Of a stretch of DNA of 42,734 nt, positions 34,600 through 42,734 are shown piece by piece (the first letter of the stretch is position 1; every line of letters begins with the position of its first letter). The notes below the pieces were generated by a model. The model was given only the letters and a program-made list of their open reading frames with translations, was not told the origin of the DNA and ran no database searches. This stretch comes from Octopus bimaculoides (lineage: Eukaryota), in the NCBI RefSeq assembly GCF_001194135.2, contig NC_068996.1, forward strand, positions 17,079,986 through 17,122,719. Reading direction: 5' to 3'. The position numbers and the translations under genes are program-made.

Positions 34600-35800
34600 T
34601 GATCTCTACAATAACCAGTATTGTTGTGGATTTATCTGTTGATATAGGCCTGGTTTTGGTGATGCTTCATCTTTGCGTAGATCGTTCAGAGCAGTTGTAT
34701 TCTCTATTTTCCATTGTGTCCTTTTTGCTTTTATTATTTTTAAAGAAAATTTGCTTGGCTGTACCTTCTGCTTCTAGCAAGATGATATTTCCGCGTTGGA
34801 AAGATGCCATGTGCGCGTGTCCATGCGTATGTTTTTGAGAATATTTTTCTCTGTTGTGTATTTAGGTTCTGTTGTTGTGGGAGGTGTCCCCTCCTCTCAC
34901 CCGCTTGGCCTTCTTTCTTCAACCACAGCTCGCAGATTCACACTGTAAGAGAGATGGATAAGGTCTTAGATCTTGTCCACGTCTTCCCGTCTAATTTAGA
35001 ACAGAATTTTCACCGTGGCCCCAAACCATAACTCCCACCCCGTTCTTTTCACTTCGAGGAATGTACCGTTTCCTTCTAAAGTAACATAAAATAACAACCA
35101 GCAGATATACAGCTAAATGGATCGATGCGATTGGTCTTCTCTTTAAATAAGTTGCGTAGAAAGAGAGCTCTCTGTCGCATATGGGAGTTATGGATCCCTT
35201 CAGCGTGAGAGCAACGCTCTTGAAGAGGACTTCCACTTTCCTGAATTGACTTGCCCCGGTGACGTGATTTACATCTGCCATATTTCTTTTAGGGTTCTTT
35301 CTAGCTGAGCGTGTGCCGCTGCTTCTAGGTGTCAGGTTTTAGCCAATACTCAACTATGTTTCTATCTTCCGTGCGGTTGCTCCTAAAACTTCGGCTGGGA
35401 TGGCAACTTGTGCACTTCTCCCATTCACCCTCACAAGCTGTTCTACCTGTGTAAGGTAGGTGTGAGATACTCAGTTGATTTCGCCGCCATCCCAGCGAAT
35501 GGTTGCTTACTCGTAGAATATCCCCACTACTTGTTTTGCTGTCGTCGTTTGCTGCTGTTGCCGTTATTATTGTTGCTTTCGTTATCTTTACTGTTGCTTC
35601 TGCTCTCGCTGCTGTTCTTGTTGATGCTGTTGTCGCTGCTGCTGTTGTTATCATCACTATGATTGTGGTCTTTGATGTTGTTGTTACTGCTATTGCTACT
35701 TGTCGTATTGGTAGTGGTACACTTATTTGGACTTTGAACTTGAACGCTATTCTCCGTTTTCACGTGTATGGAGAAGATGAGGCACCTTGAAACGTGTTGC
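34600..35800 (-). mobile_element. LINE ORF1-like relic (L1/Tx1-like) with low-complexity 5' part
   Basis: FYATYLKRR..RSEKN..DKI*DLIHL..NLRAVVEERRP aligns with FSTYMGGR..RSRREN..ERIPDLISL..TVEGRRP at 41130-41400. Confidence 0.6.
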
Positions 35801-36241
35801 GACTATCTCTCAGAGTCACCTCTCTCTTTACCCATTTCATTACCCATCGAAGTTAATGCCATATTTTTTCTAAAATTACTTTTTTCAAAACAAAATTTTA
35901 AAATATTCTTTCCAAATATGCGCTCATAAGAGGCAAAAAGGGAACATACCAACACTTTATGTGATCTGATGGTTTTTATCAAATGTTATGCTGCAAAATA
36001 ATAACGATGAAAATCATCTCACGCATATAAACTCTGTAGCAAACTTGCGAGCGATGAGACTAGTGTCTTTCCGTTAAAAATAGTGATGATGATGATAATG
36101 ATGATGGTTTCTTCTTTTTCTTTTCATGAAGGGGGCCATTAAAATAATAAATTACTAAAACAGTGATGATTGCCGCAGAATTGCTACAGCGAAAACCGCC
36201 ACATTTTTCTGTAAAAATAAGTCATGGAATACTTAAATATA

Positions 36242-36452
36242 CAGGGTGTCCACAAAGTCTTGGTACATGGAGATTAACACATACTGTAAGAAATTATTAT
36301 TCTTATATTTAATTGTTTATGCTATGATTTTACTTACTCCATGTACCCACATGGGGATTAACACATACTTCAAGAAATTATTATTTCTTATATTTAATTG
36401 TTTATGTTATGATTTTACTTACTCCATGTACCCAGACCTTGTGGACACCCTG
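36242..36452. mobile_element. Tc1/mariner-type MITE
   Basis: TIRs CAGGGTGTCCACAAAGTCTTGGTACATGG / CCATGTACCCAGACCTTGTGGACACCCTG, TA on both sides; internal ~82-bp tandem duplication. Confidence 0.92.
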
Positions 36453-37070
36453 TACAATGGAAATTAAATGCGATCACCTAAAACGGATCAATCACTCCGC
36501 CCCATCACCACCGCCACCATTAGCAGATCCAGGGTTTTCCGAGTACATTGAGAAAGTGTACTCGACCAGCCGTGTTATCCAATCTACACGCTCACGTAGA
36601 TATTGGACCCTACCATGCAGGCCATTTTGGACCTAATGGCTGGCATATCTTTCAGCAAAACTTCGCACGATTTTTTCCTTTTGGCTATCTCCTCCTGTTC
36701 TCTTTAGACCGTTCTGTCTTTCCGTGATGTGTATCCATATCACTAAAATAAGAAGAAAAAAAAAGTATGTCTTCAGAAATCCCAGTGTTATTCGCACCAT
36801 TCTGTCACATTTGCCTTCCTGTCTTCTCCAAATAAAAGAAGGCTGAGGGGGTAACCTTTCAAGATTGAGAGCTGGGTCTGTGTTACGTGTGATAAACTAC
36901 GTGGAATCAACTGCTGCAAGTTAGCAATGTTTATACTCTTGGCCAGGGCCTACAAATGGCTACGTTGCTTTGCATCAATCTCGTTTAGACTCAATGGTCA
37001 GTTATTTCATATTTGCAGAGATTATCTCTAACTAGCGATGCCTGACAACACCAAGAAGCACTTCTGTGGC

Positions 37071-37107
37071 GCACGCGCGCGCGCACGCGCACACACACAT
37101 ACACACA

Positions 37108-37199
<92 letters not shown>
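37071..37199. repeat. (GC)n(CA)n microsatellite
   Basis: Direct reading. Confidence 0.95.
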
Positions 37200-37204
<5 letters not shown>

Positions 37205-37362
37205 ACGTAGCTAGAGTGTGTGCTGCCTGGGGAGGCCCTTTCGTTTGCTGCCCCCGGACTCCACAAAAAGCACATATAGCCTACAGCAGACCCCAAAGTG
37301 GTGCCCCTTTAAAAGTGCCGCCCGGGGCAGACTGCCCCTACCGCCACCTAGCTACGCAAGTG
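37200..37362. mobile_element. Small GC-rich MITE
   Basis: 15-bp TIR CACTTACGTAGCTAG / CTAGCTACGCAAGTG (one mismatch); subterminal GCCGCCCGGGGC motifs. Confidence 0.7.
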
Positions 37363-37619
37363 TGTATATGTACATATATATATAAGCGCAGTTACCTCCC
37401 TTGACAGTGGGCTTTAACAAGCTCGCACTAGAAGGCGCTTGAGTGGTGAGATTTTGACATGAGGCCTTGCGACTTCCTCTTTTGGCACCTAGACGTCGGC
37501 GACATGATTTAGTTGGCTCTCTTACGACACGCAGTGACTAACTGATATGAGGTAATGCACAGAATAATATCATGGCCTCCATGCATCAAACTCTTTCCAT
37601 TTATCATTCAGTTTATATA

Positions 37620-38265
37620 CAGGGGTTGGACAAAATAATGGAAACATCTTAAAATTTCAAACAAATTTATTTTAATATGGGTAGGACCGCCTTTGGCAGT
37701 AGTTACAGCTTGAGTTCTACTAGTTATGGACTCGTACAAAGTTTGAATGGTTTCCAAATGAATTTTTGTCAGCTAAAACAGTCTTCAGTTCTTGTGGTGA
37801 TGATGGTGGAGGGTATCAACTTCTTGTTTTTCTAAAAGGCACCATAAATGTTCAATAATATGAAGGGAAATCGTTGGGCCGGCGGATTTCCAAGATATAG
37901 CCCCCCAGATAATCACAGATCCTTCTCCATGTTCAACAGTTGGAAGAAGGCAGTCTGGGTCAAATGCTTCTTTTGGCTGTCTCCACAGGTATACTTGGCC
38001 GGTGGTCGGAAATAAGGTGAAGGATGACTCATCCGAGAAAATAACATTCTTCCACTGCTCTAGGGACTAATTCTGTAGGCTTTTAGTCCACTCTAAACGC
38101 TTTGCAACGTTTGTCTTTGAAAGTAGTGGTTTTCTGATTGCTGCCGTCCCGTGAAATCCGGCTTTGTGCAGCTCCCGGCGGACAGTTTTTGTGGAAACTG
38201 GATTCTCGAGGTGGTCATTAAGCTCTGCCGTAATTTTGTGAGCTGTACTTTTGTGATCCTTCTGA
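37620..38265 (-). mobile_element. Tc1-family transposon, 5' truncated and internally deleted
   Basis: TA|CAGGGGTTGGACAAAATAATGGAAAC terminus; minus translation TVRRELHKAGFHG..KPLLS..WKNVIFSDESSF..TVEHGEGSVIIWG..ISLH joined to IIEHLW, so the second catalytic Asp region is missing. Confidence 0.9.
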
Positions 38266-38316
38266 AGGGTGAACCTTTAGATGACTCCACAACCCTGATA
38301 CAATCACCATCCAAAA

Positions 38317-40625
38317 TGGTAACCCCAACGCAGCACACACCACAATTTCTTCTAAAATAGTGAATCCCGGACGAATTTCTCGAGTTCGTCTACGCGACCA
38401 TACCGCCATTCATCGCATAGGAACATATCACTGATCTCTCTCGTCGCTATAGTCTTCTTCACCAGAAAATTTTGGCACCATTTCCAAGCGGGAAACTGCA
38501 CATCTTTTTCCTTCGTGATGTAACTGAATTTATGACTTGGTCCTTCGAAGACACAGCATCCCAGGAGAATTTGCTATTTGCATGTTAAAAGGGAGGTGGG
38601 GAAAACATCTGGAATTTTCTCCAGAATTCACATGGGCAACAATTTTTCTTACGTGCCAGGTATGAGTTTCTGTCTCTCAACCCTACCCGGATCATCCATG
38701 TGTTGGCCATTGTTTTGTTCTTCATCCATTGGCAAGGACTTCTCCCATTTCATCCTCTGCTGCTAAAAAAATTCCTAGTTCCATGCTCGTCGTATCTTCT
38801 TTCAACTAGGGGATTTGACTGCTATTTCAACTAGCTTATTCTTCCTGACGTTCTGTTTCCTATTATCGTCACGATGAGTCCTTTTCCTTTGCCTCAAGGC
38901 GCTTTTTCGTCCTCCTCTCGAGCTTGTACTTCTGCTCCGCAATCCTCCAAAATCTTGCGGGCCATTGGAGAACTGACCCGTCAAGTCGCACGCATGTGCA
39001 GAGACCGTTCGTTTTCAGGGAATCATTCTGAAGGGAGAACCGGACGTCGTTCTTTCTCGTGCGGACGCGCACCTCTTGCTCCACTAGTTTGTTGGTACCA
39101 CAGGAAATTCAAGGACCAGATTTTGTCTTTGCGTACGTCGATGACCTAATCGCCAGTGGTACTCCAGACCAGTACCTCCAACACTTAACCCAACTATTCA
39201 AGCGCCTACGTTACTATGATGTGAAGATCAACCCGGCTAAGTGTGTATTCGGTTCTACCAGTTTGGAATTCTTGGGGCATCTCATTGACACCGACGGTAT
39301 TCGTCCACTTCCCTCTAAAGTAGAAGCCATCAAACACTTGTCTCCTCCTCAGAACTTTTATTGGTTTAATTAATTATTATCGACGTTTCATTCCTAAATG
39401 TGCGGAGAAGTTGCTTCCCTTGATTCAGCTCTTGAAAGATCAACGGGAAAAAAAGACTCCGACAATGCTGTCTCCTGCAGCCATCCAAGCTTTTGAATCT
39501 GTCAAATCTGACCTTGCTTAAGCATCCTTCCTCGCACATCCTATTGCGAATGCAAAGTTGTCACTCACTGTCGACGCGTCATCATCTGCCACTGCCGCAG
39601 TTTTAGTGCAGTCTATCAACATTGGCCTTCTTTTCTCGCCAGTTGAAAGATGCCGAATTGGGATACAGTGCATTTGGTAAAGAACTCTTAGCAATTTATC
39701 TAGCGGGGAAGAATTTCTCTCATCTTCTCGAAGGTAAGGATTTCACGATTTTCACCGACCACAGACTGCTAACGTTCGCTCTCTTTGCCAAAACGGACCG
39801 GTACTTGCCTAGAGAAACAGAGTATTTGTACTACATATCACAGTGACATTCGCCACATCGCTGGCATTGGCAACATCCCCGCCGACGCCTTATCTCGCCT
39901 GCCTGTCGGTGCATTGTCGTCTCCTTCTTCGATTGATTTGGTTGCTATGGCTACTGACCAACCCTCCTTGGACTCTCTGGACGTCTCTTCACCAGTTTTC
40001 TACCAGGTTACAACGACCCCTCGTTCCTGAACATCACCGTCGTGCTGTTTTTGAAGTCCTGCATTCACTGTCACTCCCGGCATTGCGGCCACAGTAAAGC
40101 TTATCTAGGCCCGCTTTTTCTGGCTGAATATGCGTCGGTCTATTACTGTTTGGCCACGTGCCTGTCTACCATGTCAGCGCTCGAAGGTGTATCGTCACGT
40201 GAGAGCACCTCTTGGGCACTTCCAGTCACCGGACACCAGGTTCCGTCGCATACACATTGACCTGGTTGGTCCTTGGCTGGTCAGTTGCGGATTTACTTAT
40301 ATATTGACCTGCATCGACCGCTTCTCCAGATGGTCTAAAGCCATTTCCCTTGTGGTCATTTCCGCGGAAACAGTCGCCAGAGCACTCATCTCCGGGTGGA
40401 TATCTTGCTTCGGAGCACCCTCTAGAATTACTACTGATCGTGGACGCCAATTTGAAGCTTTTCTGTTTTGTAAGCTTTCAAGATTGCTCAGAGTTCAGCA
40501 CATCCACACCACAAGTTACTATCTCGGACGAACGGAATGGTGGATCGATTCCACCGACAGCTCAAAGCCGCTATCCACATGGCTCCTAACCCTCATCGTT
40601 AGTCCAAGTTTCTCCCCATATTTCT
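38317..40625 (+). mobile_element. Defective Gypsy (CsRn1-like) internal region: gag, RT, RNase H, integrase
   Basis: Trp-type PBS TGGTAACCCCAACG at 38317; gag CWYHRKF fused to RT FAYVDD..KINPAKCVF..FLGH; RNase H VDAS, AFFSRQL, ELLAIY, FTDH, ADALSR; integrase CLPCQ, HIDLVGP, IDRFSRW, TDRGRQF; frameshifts and stops. Confidence 0.95.
38460..38855 (-). mobile_element. Decayed RTE-type RT fragment inside the Gypsy gag
   Basis: Minus VEIAVKS..KK.. resembles the pre-RT EV..AIKSLK..KAPG region, followed by further decayed RT-like sequence. Confidence 0.5.
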
Positions 40626-40629
40626 AATT

Positions 40630-42194
40630 TTTTAGGCTTTTGTGGTTCCGCCTTATCTTCACTTCGAGATTTATAGGAATCAGAGTCTGTGTAGTCCGTC
40701 CCTGATAAGGGTGTGTGTTTGTGTGGGTGTCTATGTGTGAATGTATGTTTGAGAGATGGGGAGATGGAGTGTTGTGTTGAGGAAAGCCCTGTGTGGTCCT
40801 CTATGCTGAAGTTCTTGTCAATTTTGATGGTGGCGGTGGTGGTGGCGGTGCAACTGGGGCTGTTATTGCTACTACAGCTTCAGCTGCTGCTGCTGCTGCT
40901 GCTGCTGCTATTTCTGAAACTGCCTCTTTTCCTGCTGCCGGTACTTCTGCCTCAGATGGAGCCACCGTTGTAGTTTTGCCTTGAGATGCTGTTGTTGTTT
41001 CACTCTTTTTTCCCTGTAGATGATGTTGTTGTGGCAATGGTTGTGACATCGGCGTTGGGGCCCTTCTCTCTCCTTTCTTGTTTTTGTTTTGTGTGCAGAA
41101 CACCTATGGATGATCTGTCATGCCAAAGACATGGCATTTCGGACGTCTACCCTCCACAGTCCACTCAACTCAGTTCCATTCGGAAGGGAGATCAGGTCAG
41201 GGATCCTCTCCAGCTGTTCTGCTTTTACATGAAGCAGCACTTCCAGTGTGATTCCTGTCCAGTTCTCCCTCCTTGATCTCTTGACCTCCAGGAGAGTGTT
41301 ACTCTCATTTAATACCCCACATGTGAGTACTCACCACAAATCTAGTTCTGATGGCACACTCTGAATGGTAATCTTTATCGCTCTTCCTCCCATATACGTG
41401 GAGAAGAGCACGAATCCCTCACTGCAGCAGGTGGCCACCGAGTACTGAAATGCCAGAGTCTCAGTTTTAAATAAAATTTCCATCCCGCCGAACGGCTTTG
41501 CCCTCGAAATGTAACCAATGTCCTGCCATATATCGTGAAGGGCCTTTCTATTTGAACGTTCGTTGCCGTTTCGAGCCGTTTTAATTTACAGCCAATACAG
41601 TGGTACCTCACGATTTTTCTGGCTGTAGCTGCGAACAATTCTGGTCGTGGGGACATCTCTGCCTCTTCCCATCGATTTTTCTAAATTTAGTCCCATTCGT
41701 CAATTTAGAGGCTTTGTCCTCTAGGGAGAGGGCAAGAAGTTCTTTCGAGGCGGTGACGCCTGCGAAGGAAGTCTCACCGCGAAGGAAGTCTTGGTGGAGT
41801 TGTAGCCACATCCGCTGTTGCTACTATCACTACTACTACCGCTTCCTCCATCCACTACTAGTATTGCTCTTGTTACCACCGTTAGAGTTACTGTCAATGC
41901 TGCCGTTTCTGATACTACTGTCGCTGCTATTGCTGCTATTTTTGTCGCCTTCACTGTTCATGCTACTGCCACTGCCACCACTGCTGCTGGCGCTTCCACT
42001 ACCATCACTGCTGCTGTCGATGCAGCCACTGCAGCTATTACCGCTATTGTTGTCGCTTTCACTCTTACTACTGCCAAATTCTCTCTTAATTGACGGGATA
42101 GACTTTGGTCTCTTTTGTTTTCTTCTCTTCTCCTGTACTCTTTTTGGTGAGAGAAGGAAGGAGAAGGAAGTCTTCAACTGAAAGAAGACTGAGG
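40630..42194 (-). mobile_element. LINE 5' portion with ORF1 zinc knuckle (L1/Tx1-like)
   Basis: VEGRRPKCHVFGMTDHP*VFC is a decayed C-x2-C-x4-H-x4-C; flanked by (AGC/AAC/AGT)n low-complexity tracts; stops and frameshifts. Confidence 0.7.
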
Positions 42195-42499
42195 GGAAGA
42201 AAAACAAATCAATAGACATGACAGGTTAGTTTGGGAAGTTAAGCAGTTGTGGTCGATGAAAAAGATTGTAGTAGTACCAATAATTGTCGGAGCCCTGTGA
42301 ATAGTGGGTAAAAATCTTGAGAAGTACATGAAACAAATAGGGCTGCAATAAAGGTGGAGCACTTGCAGAAAACAACATGGTTTGGAACCACTCGAATACT
42401 CCGGAAGGTGCTCGAAAAATAAGATGTGTTACCTTAGTTCTGTGGTAGTGAACAGCTGACACCGTAGTACATCTCCAGCGTTAGTAGCTGTGCAAAGAC

Positions 42500-42534
<35 letters not shown>
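42195..42534 (+). mobile_element. R4/Dong-type (restriction-like endonuclease) LINE 3' end
   Basis: HDRLVWEVKQLWSMKKIVVVPIIVGAL*, then frameshifted VEHLQKTTWFGTTRILRKVLEK*, and (AAT)n tail. Confidence 0.8.
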
Positions 42535-42537
<3 letters not shown>

Positions 42538-42734
42538 TAGCGTTCAGAGAGCGCAAACCTACGCCAAAGCAACACCAGCGTCCTCTCAACGATTAACCAG
42601 AGATGATTTTTTAGATGAAAATATTTTAAATAAACACGACTGCTCTCACAAGCGAGAATACTAAAAACGAACCCGGCCGCTCTCGAAAATTAAGCAAAAA
42701 ACAGGAAAAATAATCCAGAATCCTTCTCCGGTAC
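42535..42734 (+). mobile_element. Probable non-autonomous Helentron/DINE-1-like element start, cut by the window edge
   Basis: GAGAGCGCAAACCTACGCCAAAGC resembles the AAACCTCCGCCAAGGC subterminal motif of such elements (from memory of the family type; unverified). Confidence 0.45.

Noticed and set aside
40713-42219. Poly-Ala/Leu/Ser ORFs as a host gene (also 35325-35790)
   Set aside because: Overlapping ORFs on both strands from trinucleotide-rich tracts within LINE ORF1-like relics.

Overview
Eukaryotic, AT-rich, repeat-saturated scaffold sequence with five N gaps and abundant (TA)n/(CA)n/(ATC)n microsatellites. The SINE, LINE and MITE repertoire looks like an octopus genome; this is inferred from pattern recognition, not from a database search. 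I found no intact protein-coding ORF, tRNA/rRNA gene or CRISPR array. The window is mostly decayed transposons. These include four tRNA-derived SINE families, several with clean target-site duplications (TSDs), plus RTE, L1/Tx1-like and R4/Dong LINE relics. There are also two TA-flanked mariner elements with a third fragment, a Tc1, several MITEs, a Helitron helicase fragment and two CsRn1-like Gypsy LTR elements. The most unusual structure is in the first Gypsy (28152-31105): both LTRs are followed by three tandem copies of an 'LTR-end GTTACA + tRNA-Trp primer-binding site (PBS)' unit. Other leads are perfect hairpins, a duplicated structured cassette of about 140 bp, microhomology deletions, and a weak phase-consistent chain of candidate + strand exons. 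Family letters A, B, D and E are my own labels. Boundaries of decayed elements are approximate.
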